Notes: a model not told the origin generated them from the letters alone. A DNA stretch of 61,311 nt from Carcharhinus longimanus (GCA_030264375.1 JASCQW010000099.1:57775873-57837183); one strand, 5' to 3'. Positions 1 through 13,990 are shown, counted from the stretch's first letter. A program made the numbers and translations.

Positions 1-1823
1 TATTCATTGGTAATTGCCAAGTTTAACTGAAGTAGCTCACTCTTCTCAGATCACTCACAAGAGGATGGCAGGAATCATGCCAGCGCAAACAGGTGGTAAA
101 TGATCAAACACTATTTTCACGCCACTACCATCCTGTTTAAGTCAGGTGGCAGGACTTAAAATTGGTCCCAATACATGTAAGGTGTTCTATCAATTACTGA
201 GGCAGGCTAATGAATTATTCACTCTTTATTATCTTTGGTGAAACTGCTTCAATGTCTAGCGCATTATTCTGGATGTTGGGGTCAGTAGCAAAGCAATGGT
301 GTTGTCTGCTAAATTAGAAGAAACTTGCCCATAATGAGCTAGTGAATTTTGTTGAGTAGATTTCCTCTTTTCTGATAATTTGTGTATGCTACCAAGTCAA
401 CACGTTTCCCGATGTCCAGCAACAGTGGAGTCATCAAGCAGGGTAAACAGCCAATCACTTTAAGAGTTTGTTTAAAGGGTGCAGCAGAAAATAAAAGGCA
501 TTGATTATTCATTTTTCATCCAATTTACAGAGGGTGAAAGATTGGGCCATACGTATTAGAAGTTGAAATATCATAAATAAATTTAGCCATCATTACAACA
601 ACAAAACTCATACAGTAGCAAATTAACCACATTTCACTTTCAGATTTTTAAAGTCTTGTGAATAGATGGTGCTTTAAACTTGAACATTAAATGTAACTCT
701 TTTTGCAAGTCGTTCTTGTGGAAAAATGACCAAAAGTCCCAACGTGTAAAATCTCACAGAGCAGAAGAGGCCAGCCACAGTTACATTAGTTGATCAGACC
801 CAGTCTAGTGATCAGGACACTAGCGTCCCTCACATAAGGAGGGAAAAACATCACCTCCACATTCACTCCTGATCGATTAACACTAACCCGTACAGAAAAC
901 TGAGTGCATAGACACCGGTGGAGTACAGATTAAACTTGGCTATAATGCCCTCCTGAAGGGAGCCAGGCTTTTGAGAAATGAAGACTGATCATGAATAACA
1001 TACCCAGAAGGATATCAATGTGTTGAGGGAAGAAAGAATGGGAGAAGAAAGGAAGTTTATGACTGCTGTTAGTGTCACAGTTGCAGATTGTGAAAATTAA
1101 AGAGGAGGACTATATGTTGGTGTATAAATAATGTCATGTTACACTGCACATCTCAGCTCAGTCACTGTGATAGGAGCTTTCCCTACTCAGTATCCTTCTG
1201 CTCACTTATTCTCTCTAATCCTTGAGTCTGCTGCTACCAAAATTAATAATTTATTCTCATGAAATATTGCCGCATTCTCTACATTACAAATGTGACCATA
1301 TTTCAAAAGCCCTTGGTTGGCTGTAAAGTGCTTTGGGACACTCTGAAGTCATGAAAGGTGCAGTATAAATGCATGTTCATTCTTTTACTGAAACATGCGA
1401 CTAAAAAGAGTCAGCCTATCTTGGTGTAATTAACCAACATGACTGGTAATTTAGTGAAGCATAATGTTATTCAGGGTTACATTGTCCTTGTAGGTGCTGA
1501 GAGTGAATAGCCTCATTCGTCACCAGTGATAGATTGCAGGCAGTGTAGCTAAGTTTTTCCAACATACTGCCTCATTTTTGACATTTAAGCTTTAATGAGG
1601 AAAGTGGCTAACCCACTACTTCCTTTTTGAATTAGTGACATAACCAACAGTTTAGTCGCCCTCTACATTGTGTTCAATTCATTGTGGGCAGTGTAAATTT
1701 ATAATAATACGATCAAAAGTAAGGCTAATGACAAATAAGTGCGACGCAAGAAATGATAACTAGAGGAAGACATGATAGCAGACTGAACAAATTCGGCTGT
1801 AAGATTTACAATTGGTTAATATA

Positions 1824-1992
1824 TTTTTATTCACTCGTGGGACATGGGCATTGCTGGCTAGCCAGCATTTGTTGCCATCCCTAGTTCCTGCAGGAGGGAG
1901 GTTGAGAGTCAACCTGGATCTGTAGTCATATGTAGGCCAGACTAGGTAAGGATTGCAGATTTCCTTCCCTAAAGGACATTAGTGAACCAGAT
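1824..1992 (-). mobile_element. Deu-domain SINE, 3' fragment
   Basis: Reverse complement of the Deu core (ggttcactaatgtcctttagggaaggaaatctgc) plus a LINE-like tail; matches the copies at 22192 and 60782. Confidence 0.75.
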
Positions 1993-3084
1993 ACAGATCA
2001 GTATACGTAGTTTAAGGCCTAAGTGTCGAACTAGCATAGAGGGTTGACTGCCCATTACATAAATGGACCAATTTTTAAAATATTCATTTGAAGGATGTGG
2101 GCTTCACTGGGCTGGGGCACCATTTATTTCCCATCTCTTGTTGTCCTTGAGAAGGTGGTGGTGAGCTGCCATTTTGAATCACTGCAATCCATGTGGTGTA
2201 GATAAACTCACTGTGCTTTGAGAGAAGGAATTCCAAGATTTTAACTCAGTGACAGTGAAGGAATGGTGATATATTTCCAAGTCAGGGTAGTGAGGGACTT
2301 GGAGGGAAACTTCCAGATAGTGGTTGTGTTCCCTTCTTCTGCTGTCCTTGTCCATCTTGATGGAAGTGGTCGTGCATTTGGACAGTGGTCTCTCAGGAGC
2401 CTTGGTGTGTTCCTGCTGTGCACCTTGTAGATGGTACACACTGCTGCCATTGTGTGTTACTGGTGGTGGAAGGGGTTATGTTCGTGGAAGGGATGCCAAT
2501 TAAGTGGGTTGCTCTGTCCTGAACAGTGTCAGGCTTCTTGAGTGTTGTTGGTGCTGCACTCAACCAGGTGAGAGGAGAGTATTCCTCACACTACTGATAT
2601 GTGCCTTGTAGATTGTGGAGAGACTGTGGGGAGTCAGGAGGTGAGTTACTCACTGCAGGATTCTGAGCCTCTAACCGGGTCTTGTAGCTGCAATCCTTAC
2701 ATGGCTAGTCCAGTTCAGCTTCTGATCAATGGTATCCACAGGAGGTTGATAGTGGAGGATTTCAGCAATGGTCATAGCAAGGAATGTCATAGGGCAATGG
2801 TTAAATACTCCTTTGTTGGAGATGGTCATTGCTTGGTACTTGTGCAGTGTGAATGTTATTTGCCACTTGTCAGCCCAAGCCTGGATATTGTCCCGGTCTT
2901 GCTGCATTTGGACTGCTTCAGTGTCTGGAGAGTTGTGAATGGCCATACTGTCATAGTGATTTACAGCACAAAAAGAGACCCTTCAGCCCATCGTGTGTCA
3001 AGTATGATTCCAACCAGCAGAGGCTTCCCCCAATTCCCATTCACTCCAGTTTTGCTAGAGCTCCTTGATGCTATCCTTGGTCAA

Positions 3085-3356
3085 ATAGAATCCATGGAAA
3101 CCCTACAGTGCAGAAGGAAGCCATTTGGCCCATCGGCTCTGCACCGACTCTCCGAAAGAGCATCTCACCAAGGCTCACCTCCCTGCCCTATCCCTGTAAC
3201 CCTGCACATTTACCATGGCTAATCCACCTAACCTACACATCTTTGGACACAAAGAAGCATGGCCAACCCACCTAAGCTGCACATCTTTGGACTGTGGGAA
3301 GAAACCGGAGGACCCAGAGGAAACCCACACAAACACAGAGAGAACATTCTAACTCC
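3085..3356 (-). mobile_element. tRNA-derived shark-type SINE (HE1-like, tail A), 5' truncated
   Basis: Shared body ctgcacatctttggactgtggga..aaaccggag and CR1-like tail; inserted in the LINE. Confidence 0.85.
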
Positions 3357-3772
3357 TGTTATCAACGGCAGTCACTCTCACCTCACCTCTGGGATTTAGC
3401 TCTTTTGTCCATGTTCAGGCTGCAATGAGGTCAGGAGCTGAGTGGCCCTGGCAGAACCCAAAATGTGAACGAGCAGGTTATTGTTAAGCAAGTTCTGCTC
3501 GATAACACTGTTGATAACCCCTTCCATCACTTCACTGATTGTTGTGGGTAGACTGATAGGCAATAATTGGCTGAGTTGGATTTGTCCTGCTTTTTAATTA
3601 CAGTACATACCTGGGCAATTTTCCACATTGCAGAGAGGATGCCAGTATTGTGGCTGTACTGGAACAGCTTGGCTAGGGGTGCAGCAAGTTGAAGATCTCA
3701 ATTCTTCAGAACTATTGCTGGAATATTGTCAAGGCCCACAGCATTTGCAGTATCCAGTGTCTTCTTTAAAAT

Positions 3773-4117
3773 TAATTCATGGGACCTGGGCGTCGCTGGC
3801 ACGTCAGCATTTATTGCCCATCCCTAGTTGTCCAAGGGCAGTTGAGAGTCAACCTCATTGCTGTAGCTCTGGAGTCAAATGTATTGTCGATTGTTGGAAA
3901 AACCCATCTGGTTCACTTAGGGAAGGAAATTTGCTCTCCTTACTTGGTCTGGTCTGGCCTAGTTTCATGGTCATCAGTAGATTCTTAATTCCAGATTTTT
4001 TTTATTGTATTCAAATTCCACCATCTGCTGTTGGCGGGATTCGAACTCAGGTGCCCACAACATTAGTTGAGTTTCTGGATTAATAGTCTGGCGATAATAC
4101 TGCTAGGCCATCGCCTC
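3773..4117 (-). mobile_element. Deu-domain SINE with internally inverted core
   Basis: Colinear with 60782-61152 except about 3883-3961, which is in the opposite orientation. Confidence 0.8.
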
Positions 4118-5629
4118 TTGATAGCATGTGGACTGAATGGAATTGGCTGAAGACTGACATCTGGGGACATTCGGAGGAAATTTGCATTTATACTGAAGTT
4201 AATTTTTTGAATGCTCTGTTAGCAAGCTGACAATCTACCTCTATGTGAAAGCAGAACTTTACACACAACTCTAAAATCTATCATCCTAGAGTGAAATTAG
4301 CAAGGCAGAATTCTGGTAAACTGAGTTACACCATCTACTGCTTTTACTTCAGAATCTCTGATGTACAATTGCAACTTACACAAACAAAACTTTAACAAGT
4401 TACTGGGCAGATTGGGCTCCTGAGGGGATTTTAAACTTGATTTGCAAGCTTCTTAATGTTAGCAGAGTGCCACATGCGTCAGTGCCACTCATTAATATTA
4501 AAATTGTAACTGGCATTTGGAGGTTTGTAATTACAGATCGGAAATTGAGTGAAAATATGCATGTACAAAGCTTTGTTTGTTGGGCAGGGAACAATGTAGA
4601 GTTGCAATGCAGCTCAGCAATACTATTATAACTGTCAGAATTCATGGTTCTTTAGCTGTTTCACATCTCCGCTGCCTTGCTTTCTCATCATAAATCCACT
4701 TTTGGCAAAATTGACCGGCTTTCCTGGACTTTTGCTATGGAACAGGGTAGCTGGAGTCGGGAAATTTTCTGACACAGCAGACCCACTTCATTATAAAGGG
4801 ACCCCATCACACATAATCTTTGTTTTGGGGAGGCAGGGCAGATCCACTTGGGCCCACCAGCTGCAGAGGCAGTCATGATGTGGCCAAGTCCATTTGGAGA
4901 AACTGATGCATGCTCTTCTGTCTCTGTTGATACAGTTCCCAGATGGTCTCATCATGAACTCTCTGCTAAACTACAAGGCTCATGGATGGTTTAGCCTAGC
5001 AATCATACTGCATTAACAGATAGAATTGAATGTTTGCTTTGATTGATTGACATATTTATGGGATTATAATAAGCTGTTTGTCCTTGTTTTTTTTCATTAA
5101 TGTCTGTATGTTTATTTGAACAAGATTAAAGATGTGAAATGAGGATAAACTTCCATTATTGATGCAATCTTTGCATCAAGGCTGGCCTTTTGACACTTTT
5201 ATAGAATTGTAAGAACAATAGCTTTTTGAAAACCAATTTCTGACTTGTTATTGTTTTATAGGCTCATTATATAGTTCTACACGTCGTGCATACGAGTGAA
5301 TAGGTCTTGAGGGGACATGGGGGCACTGAAAAGCATGGGGCATGGGTTGGATCCTTTAAACTTGCCTTTCAAACTAGAGTTCACAACTGCTCTGTGGGCC
5401 ATGAATCATGAGTCCCCCAGAAACTGGCCCGGATCCATGAAAATTGCAAGGAATGTGCGATGCCCATGCTTGGAGCTGGTCAGTCGGGAGTGCAGGGTGT
5501 GGTTAAAATTGCTGTTAATGCAAGTGGGGATAGGAATTCCAGAATTGGGTCCCACTTATCATCTTTAAATCCTGTCTCTGTTCCGACGTGGATGCAAACA
5601 TAAAAATCTGGGCCCATGGGTTAATTTAC

Positions 5630-6020
5630 CAGGAGAGAACGCTTAAACTAGAATTGTATTCCCTGGCATTTATGGATAAGTGGTGATTTGATTGAAGTTT
5701 TTAAGGTTTTAAGCAGAATAGGTATGCCAGTGGGAGAGAAATTATTTCCACTGCCAAGGGAGCCTCAGATTAAAATTTGAACCTGATCTTTCAGCAGTGT
5801 AATTTGGAAGCTGCTCTTCTCATGAAGTGTTGTAGATATTTGGAAATGTCTCCTGCCAGAGGCATTTGATGCTGGATCAATCGTTAGCTTTGAATCTCAG
5901 ATTTCTCGGTTAACTAAATATATCAAAGCTTATAGGGCCAGGGTAGATTTGCAAAGTTAGCTCACCATGAATGATGGAGAAAGCATGAGAGCTAAATGTC
6001 CATCTCCTGATCCTGCACTC
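5630..6020 (+). mobile_element. Old CR1 LINE 3' fragment
   Basis: Diverged similarity to the CR1 3' ends at 31021-31335 and 7692-8070. Confidence 0.6.
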
Positions 6021-6221
6021 CAAGTTTCTCTGACAAACATTTCAATAAGTAACCTATTGGTCATTGAACTGGGCTTAGCAAGAATGTACTGTCTAGAAAG
6101 GTTTTACCCACTACAGCTTTTCACCTTACTTTGCAATTGGTAGCTTCATTAGATCACCAATATTACAATGTAACATGCTGAAATATTAGTATTGAAAGGG
6201 AAAAGATCCAGGATTTAGATT

Positions 6222-6550
6222 ATCATAGAATCATAGAATCCCTACAGTGCAGAAGGAGGCCATTTGTCCCATCGAGTCTGCACCGACCCTTCAACGGAGC
6301 ATCTTACCCGGATCCTATCCCTGTAACCGCACTAATCTCTCACCTACACATCTTGGGACACTAAGGAGTAATTTAGCATGGCCAATCCACTTAACCTACA
6401 CACCTTTGGAACTGTGGGAAGGAACTGGAGCACCCGGAGGAAACCCATGCAGACACAGGAAGAACTCCACACAGATAGTCAGTCATCCAAAGCTGGAATT
6501 GAACCCAGATCCTCGGCACTGTGAGGCAGCAGTATTAGCCACTGTGCCAT
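6222..6550 (-). mobile_element. tRNA-derived SINE (tail A)
   Basis: Head rc tggcacagtggctaatactgctgcctcacag with a B-box-like ggttcaattcc; tail ends in catagaat repeats. Confidence 0.9.
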
Positions 6551-7691
6551 TATCCCATCCCATCCCACAGGACGGAAAGTGANNNNNNNNNNNNNNNNNN
6601 NNNNNNNNNNNNNNNNNNNNNNNNNNNNNNNNNNNNNNNNNNNNNNNNNNNNNNNNNNNNNNNNNNNNNNNNNNNNNNNNNNATGACGGAAAGTGACACA
6701 AAAAAAATTAAAGCAAAAGCCATGACCATAACAACTTTAATCAAGTCACAATAAAATTGGATAAATTTATTCAAAAAGGCAAATGTTACCTGTTTTTTTC
6801 TTTGAAAAAGAAAAATGGAAAAGGAAATAGTTGAAGACAGATAGGCGATAGAGATGTGATGTGGGTGGGTGTTTCAGAGTGGGAAAGATGATTGAGGAAC
6901 AAAGGGAAGCAGAAAGCATGGAAGACAACTTGGAAGAAGGGGATGGACAGAAAGAATTAGAGAGTGGCAGACAGCAGAGAGACAACTGAAGAGAAAGAGA
7001 AAGATGCTTTTGTTGGTCAGCAAAACCACATGAGATTATCCGTTTATTAAAACTATTATTGAGGGCAGGAGGTAAAGCTTGATAATATAAATCAGCCACA
7101 AGAAGGTAACTGCAGAAGTTAGCAAACAGACATCTATTCTCTTGGGAGAGTCCTGGCGTTTGAAGTACTTGAACAAATCATCCATTGTATTCAAGTTGCA
7201 GGTGCAAGATGATTGAGTGCCAACCAACACTCCTTTTACACTTACACCCAATCAAAATCAGCAGATTGTCTCCTTGCTGCAAATATAAAAGTCAATTTTA
7301 GTCATCATTGTTCCCTGTGGAATCTATTTGGCAATTTTCCTCTGTTCAAAATTGAATGAATTGCACAGTGATGTTGAAATCAGGAACACATATCGAAATA
7401 TAACAGAATTGTGCTAGAAGCTTAATTCTGTTGTTAAGGGAGAACCTGCAGAACCCTGTCACAAATGGTGGCATTCCACCATCTCCAGCCTGACTTCTGC
7501 ATTGGGGGGAGGGGTAGCGGGAGGTGGTGAGCCCCCCAGTCTAGAAAATCTCATTAATGATATGGGGCAATGGCTGTACGGCTCAGGCTGGACTCCAGGC
7601 ATGGTGCACCTCTGGAGGTCAGTAAACCAAGTCAGTTGAGAGGCACCAGAAACAATACAGGCAATGGGGTCAAGGTCAGGCCTGGGTACCT

Positions 7692-8680
7692 AACATAGAT
7701 ACATAGGAGCAGGAGTAGGCCATTTGGCCCTTTGAGCCAGCTCCACTATTCCATAAAATCATGGGTGATCTGATTATGGTCTCAGTTCCACTTTACTGTC
7801 TGCCGCCCTATAAGCTTTGACTCCTTGGCTGAACAAAAATCTGTCTAACTTTGCCTTGAGTAAATTTAATAACCCAGCTCCTGATAATTTCTGGACAAGA
7901 CAATAACACACATCAATGATCCTTTGGGAGAAAAGAAATCTCCTCATTGCTGTCTTAAAAGGGAGACCTCTTATTTTTAAACCACTAGTTTGACTTCCCT
8001 GTCCCAAGAGGAAACATCCTCCCGATATCTAGCCTATCAAATCCCCTCGGGATCATATATGTTTTAATNNNNNNNNNNNNNNNNNNNNNNNNNNNNNNNN
8101 NNNNNNNNNNNNNNNNNNNNNNNNNNNNNNNNNNNNNNNNNNNNNNNNNNNNNNNNNNNNNNNNNNNNAATCACCACTAAGTCTTCTAAACTCCAATGGG
8201 TCTAGGCCTAACCTGTTCAGTCTTTCTTCTTAAGACAAACCAGGAATGCATTCAGTGAACCTTCTCTGAACTGCTTCTAAAGCAATTATATTTTTTACAT
8301 AAGAAGACCAAAATTGCATATATGCTCCAGATGTGATCTCGCCAAAGCCTTATATAGCTGTAATAAAATGTCCTTTCTTTAATATTCAATTCCTCTTGCA
8401 ATAAACACCAACATTCCATTTGCTTTCTTGATCACTTGGTATGCCTGCTGACTAACTCTATGTAATTCATGTACCAGAATACCTGGATCCCACCATACCA
8501 CAGATTGTGCTTTTCTGTCCTTCCTGCCAATGTGAACAGGTTCACGTTTACCCCCATTATATTCCAATTGCAAATTTTTTGCCCACTCACATAGCCTGTC
8601 TTTATCCCTTTGCAAACTCTCTACTTCCTCTTAACAATTTACTTTCCTAGCTATCTTGGCACTGATGGCAGATAGTACCA
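7692..8680 (-). mobile_element. CR1 LINE 3' fragment spanning a gap
   Basis: ORFs 8379..8615 (QRDKDRLCEWAKNLQLEYN...IKKANGMLVFIARGIEY) and 7774..8007 (FKTAMRRFLFSQRII) are CR1 ORF2 C-terminal motifs. Confidence 0.9.
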
Positions 8681-9863
8681 CTTTTGCCAGCTGCATGGGG
8701 CAGATGGGAATAACAGTGTTTGTGTGCTACCCTGCCCTTTGCAAGATAAGTGCCCTCCCTCAGGTTTTGCAAAGTCTTGGGAAGAGAATTGTGTCCTATG
8801 GGTTTTTAGCACCAAGTTGTTTGTAGATAGGAATGTTCACAAATAGACTATTGGTATTATTCTGCACTATGGGCACAGGTAAACTATTTGCAGAGAAAAC
8901 CTTTTGCTATATCATATTCTTCAACACCGGTGTTGATAGTATACTATAGTAATGACAGATATCGAAACCCACAAAGTAGAACTTAGAAACTTAAGGCTAA
9001 TGATAATTTAAGAATAGTTAGAAAGTCAATGCAAGATTTTGTATAATACGTATATTATAAGGTGGGTTTGATAGGTGTCAACTAAAGGAAAGAGAGCACA
9101 TCTGGGATTATAGTGAGTACACATGCTGACTGGCGTGAATGAACAAGTGTGTGTGTCAAATATTATGAAATGTCAAAAATTTCAGTTGTTTCTTATTATT
9201 TTTCAATGTTGTCGAGAGCAAAGCTTCACCATCTTGGGAATTCCAAATGGCTTTGATACATAAAAAATAATTGATCTTGATCGTTTGGGAACTACAGTAA
9301 CTGGGGCCCCTGGCAGGAACATTGCAAAGGTTATAAGGGCAAAGACTCACGTGAGACCATTCCATTTTCTAGTTATTAATTTTCACGAGGTTTCCCTCTT
9401 TCTTAACTGAAAGTTTATTGTAGAAATTTCATATTAACTTTTTAACTTCTGAAGTTTTAGTTTCGACACTGAATCAGTTTCGTAGGAAGAAGAAAATAGG
9501 AGCACAGTTATATTCAAAATGCATGATTGATGGCATAACTGCATGACCAAATGCCTGATAAACATTCGCGATAAAAGTAGAATGGGGAAAATTTCCCCTG
9601 TATGTCATCTACCAGGTTAGGAGTCCATACACAAGTTACGAATTCTATTCCGTTTGCAGATACAAGAGTTCTTTCTCTTGTGGCGTAAACTGAAATGCAG
9701 AAAAATCTTTTTGTTTATTCTCCTGTTCTAAGTGATACCAAAGTAGGATTCCAAAGTAAGTCATGGGTAACAGATGAGGCAATCATAAAGACTCATTGCA
9801 CAATTTCCAATATTAAATTGAAAGGCTGTGGAGGCTAAATTGGATAGCTTCAAAAACAGGTAT

Positions 9864-10135
9864 TAGAACATAGAACATAGAACATAGAACACTACAGCAC
9901 AAACAGGCCCTTCGGCCCACTAGTTGCGCCGATCACTTCTATACNNNNNNNNNNNNNNNNNNNNNNNNNNNNNNNNNNNNNNNNNNNNNNNNNNNNNNNN
10001 NNNNNNNNNNNNNNNNNNNNNNNNNNNNNNNNNNNNNNNNNNNNCCTCCCAATCCAGGCAACATCCTTGTAAATCTCCTCTGCACCCTTTCAATAGCTTC
10101 CACGTCCTTCCTATAGTGAGGCGACCAGAACTGAA
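9864..10135 (-). mobile_element. CR1 LINE fragment collapsed at a gap
   Basis: QFWSPHYRKDVEAIERVQRRFTRMLPG; tail of tandem aacatag repeats. Confidence 0.9.
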
Positions 10136-10390
10136 TCGTAATGGCAATGTGCAATTATCCTACACCATTTGAAATTGCATGAGTTTTGTGTGCAGCCAGA
10201 ACTAATTGTGCTGTTGACTAGCTGCTTGCAACACAGGTGACTAAAACTGATACCTGCTAGCACTTCTTAAAGGCAGCCTGTCCTACTTAAAGTTAACCTG
10301 CATCTCTTAAAATGGAGCATTGAATGCTTTTTGAGCTCAATCTGACCTGGAAAAACCGGAAGAATATCTGTACACGGGAGACAGCAGGTA

Positions 10391-10910
10391 CCCAGATTTT
10401 CCAATGTTGCACTGAGGTCCTGGCGGAGGAGTTGGAATATAAGAACACTGCCCTTTATCTGCAAGGAGACAGACACACACATACAGTGGGAAGACAGTAA
10501 GCAGATAGCCACAGAGATCAATGCCAAGGTTTAGCCCCAAGGACCTCGATGCAGTTCTACAAGAAGTTTAATGACCTCATATGATTAAGGGCAGTAAATG
10601 CATCTTCATATCCAATCAACAGCACTTGGCCACTCATTATCATTATACTGCCCAACACTCATCTACTGTCTTTCAATTGGGATTCACACCTAACATTCAT
10701 AAGTTTCACCTCACACTCACTCATTTGGTTCTATTGCAAGATTCATACTCACATTTCACAGCTTGTACATACTCTCAGCTATTCAATTTTGATAGCCACA
10801 TGTTGTATCATACTCACTGAATGGAGACTGGAGACAGTAGGAACTAATTGAGGGAGGATCTGCATGTTTTAATATCCGTGATGGAGGCGGCTTTGGCCAT
10901 AATTGGAATG
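10391..10910 (+). pseudogene. Decayed Myb/SANT-like DNA-binding gene of a PIF/Harbinger transposon
   Basis: Manual translation across frameshifts: PRFSNVAL/EVLAEELEYKNTALY...KQIATEINAK/APRTSMQFYKKFNDL; a downstream segment gives RQ*ELIEGG...MEAALAIIG. Confidence 0.7.
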
Positions 10911-11158
10911 TATATTGCTGTGCCCAAGGTCAAAAGCGGGACTGAAATGTTTGGAGATGTTGGTACACTAATACCTAATCTACTTTCTTGCATCACATGT
11001 TCCCTCATCCCTTAATCACTTCTGACTAATAAATGTAGATGTGTAAAATGCACCTATTACTTATTCCCTGCAACATCACCTTAACCCTCATGCCTTTTTT
11101 CTTTCAGGTCCTAAGAAGTACAACCTTGTCAGACAGTGGTGGAAGACCAAGAGATTAA

Positions 11159-11478
11159 GGCAGCACTGTGGCACTATGGTTAGCATTGCTGCCTCACAGC
11201 GCCAAGTCAATCCCAGCCTGGGGTGACTGTCTGTCTGGCGTTTATGTATTTTCCCTGTATTTGCGTGGGTTTCCTCCAGGTGCTCCGGTTTCCTCCCACA
11301 CTCCAAAGATGTGTGGGTTAGGTCGATTGGTCATGCTAAATTGCCCCTTAGTCTCAGGAAGATTAACAGGGTAAATACTTGGGGTTACAGAGATAGGGCT
11401 TGGGTGGGATTGTTGACAGTGCAGGTTCAATGGGCTGAATGGCTTCCTTCTGCACTGTAGGAAGTCTATGATTCTATG
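11159..11478 (+). mobile_element. tRNA-derived SINE (tail A)
   Basis: Head ggcagcactgtggcactatggttagcattgctgcctcacagcgcc; tail ctatgattctatg. Confidence 0.9.
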
Positions 11479-12821
11479 AGATGATTAATGAAGAAGACAC
11501 AGAGTACAGCATGCAACAGTTTAAAACCACTGATCAATTAGAAACCAGAGAAAGGGAGTATGAAACTTCCCTGTAAATGATGTAGGTATTATTTTAACTG
11601 ACATTAGGCAGAGGACAGGTTAATGAACTTTTGGGAATGAGTGATAGGACATCTGTTAATATGGCAACTCAGACTTGTGAATGTGTCACAGGTAGTGAAT
11701 GGTATTCCCCCATTACAATTTAGCCTCCTCCCTACTGCAGAACAAAGTTTGATAACTGCAAAGGATAAGCAGGAGATGATTGTAATCCACCATTAACTCT
11801 TATTTTGTATGTTTCATAGATATATACCTTATAATTCATTCTCAAATCTAAGGTACCTCCTGTGTATCAAACGATCTGCCATGACACTGCACATAGAAGT
11901 CTTCTATTAAATCTAATAATCTTCTATTTATTAAATGGATACAGTAACTTGTAACACCCTCAGACTAATCAAAATCTTATTGTTTTGTTAGCAATTTCAT
12001 GAGAACAATTAATGAGAATTCTTAAATAGTCATCAAGTTGAACAGTCTGTGGCTAACATTAAGGTCTAGATTTTCACTAAGCTGGGTTGACTCGAGAGCG
12101 CTTTAAAAATGGTAGGCATGTACCGATTTCAGGATTCCCAAACTCTTTCCCAGATTTTTGAATTTTCAGGAGTGCCTTCAAAAGGTGCAGACTGTTTCTG
12201 GTCAAAAACACGTAGCTTGCATCCCAACTTAGCCAGCTCCATTAGAGCGATAGGCTTGTCCTACTCCTCTGCAATTTTCATGGAGTCAGGCACTTTCCAG
12301 AACCAATGAACACCATGGTGTATACTGGATTGTGTAAAAAAAAGTTTTGAAAAATTGTAATCCATTGATAACTTTCTCCTGTGCTTGAAAAGAAAGTCTG
12401 GACTGCAAATTAATAACATGTCAATCATCCAGATCTTTTGCAGTTTCAAAAACCACAAACCCTTGAAACCACTTAACTTGGGTCAACAAATATTGTGAAA
12501 TTGACTTCAGAAATTAGAGAACCTGAGCTGTCAATCAAACAATGTCTCCTCTGGGGAGCAGCTGTTCTCATATTCTAATAGCTACCTAGGCTCACATTCA
12601 AGAATACGTAACGAGGTTCTAGTAATTGCACAGTGGATCAATGGGAATGGATTGCCATAGATTGGCACTGGAGGTATGAGGGGCCTGAGGGGGTGGATGG
12701 GAAGGCATAGCTTGCCATAGGGGCCATGAGGGGACACGTGTGGGCGGGAGTCACGAGGTGGCATCGATGTTGCAAGGGGAGTGTTTGGAGGGTGAAGAGG
12801 GTGTGTGGGGTGAACCTTTGA

Positions 12822-12943
12822 GGGGAATTTTCCCGCCTTTCCCACCACGGGAATTGCAGTGGATGAGGGGCAGACCATGCAAAGGCCCGTTGACCTCGGG
12901 TGGGATTTTCTGGTTTTGGTGCGAGCGCGGTTGGAAAATCCCC
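12822..12943. mobile_element. About 120-bp MITE-like element
   Basis: Termini ggggaattttcc / ggaaaatcccc; interior related to 38815-38929, 40968-41081 and 51893-52019. Confidence 0.7.
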
Positions 12944-13632
12944 ACCCTTTTTTTCCTCACTGAGACAAGACCCATGGCATAGAGTTGGGCCTCTTAAACA
13001 ACTCACCTCCACCTCCAGCAGCCTGTGTGGCTGTCTCCACAGTTATTTCGGGTTCAGCTGGCCTGGTTCCAGCCCGTACCCTACCCCCAGTCTTTGCTGG
13101 CATTTTCCTCTCAGGTGGGCAGGCTGAGCACGGAATTTTGCCGACTTTTCCTACCAATTTTGAGGATGAAAGTCCAGCTGAAGTGTCCTTCTGATATGCA
13201 GGACAGGAGTAAGCCTAATAAAGCCTAAGAAAGGGATAAAGGTTAACAAGAGGACGAGGCATTTAAAGTCATGAGAACTCAGTAAGCAAAGCCATAGGAG
13301 ATGGGAGGATTTGCATCAACAGATGATTTGTACTGATTAAGTGCTAATGGCCAAAGATGAGAAATGGTTTCTCTTTTCGCCTCTCACATGTCTAACCAGG
13401 AGGAAAATACGGAAAACATGAACTCATTATTCAAAATCTTCTTATCACTGCAGAAACAGGAAACAAGAAAGCGATTAGGGAGTGAGAGAGGGAGAGAAGG
13501 AGCCAGGATCAAAATCTTCAACATGAAAAGGCAGAAATGTGGGACAGGCTTCATGGATACAATGGGATGAAGGGTCTACCTCTGCACTAAAACTGTCCTA
13601 TGGCACTGCAAATAGAAATTGGACGTAATGGA

Positions 13633-13990
13633 TTTTTAAAAATTCTTTGATGTCATTGGCATTTGTTGCCCACCCATAATGGCCCGTGAACTGAACCAAT
13701 TCAGAGGGCAGTTAAGGGTCAACCACATTGCTGTGGGCCTGGAGTCACACGTACGTCACACTAGAGTAAGGTCTGCAGATTTCCTTTCCTGAATTGCATT
13801 GATGAACAAGATGAATTTTTACAACAACCGACGACACGGTCACCATTCCTGAGCTTCATATCCCAGATTTATTAAATGAATTTAAGTTCCACCAGCGGCC
13901 ATTTTGGGATTTGAATTCTTGTCCCCAGAGAGTTAGCCTGGTGGCTCTTGATAACTCGTCCAGTGACATTCCCATCATGCCACCATCTCC
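13633..13990 (-). mobile_element. Deu-domain SINE, older copy
   Basis: Diverged but colinear with 60782-61152. Confidence 0.7.

Larger units (their letters stand above)
2073..4175 (-). mobile_element. Decayed CR1/L2-group LINE 3' part with nested SINEs
   Basis: ORF 2671..2946 reads QQDRDNIQAWADKWQITF...QKLNWTSHV (RT C-terminal region); homologous to 14769-15543; frameshifted. Confidence 0.85.

Noticed and set aside
2599-3222. Longest ORF (207 aa)
   Set aside because: Antisense to a LINE and running through SINE sequence; no recognisable protein
4688-4880. LGHIMTASAAGG as a possible next VMP1 exon
   Set aside because: Does not match GPHIASVTLAAYEC or PEPPYP
6570-6697. Direct repeat gacggaaagtga across a gap
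   Set aside because: Overlapping contig ends, an assembly artefact
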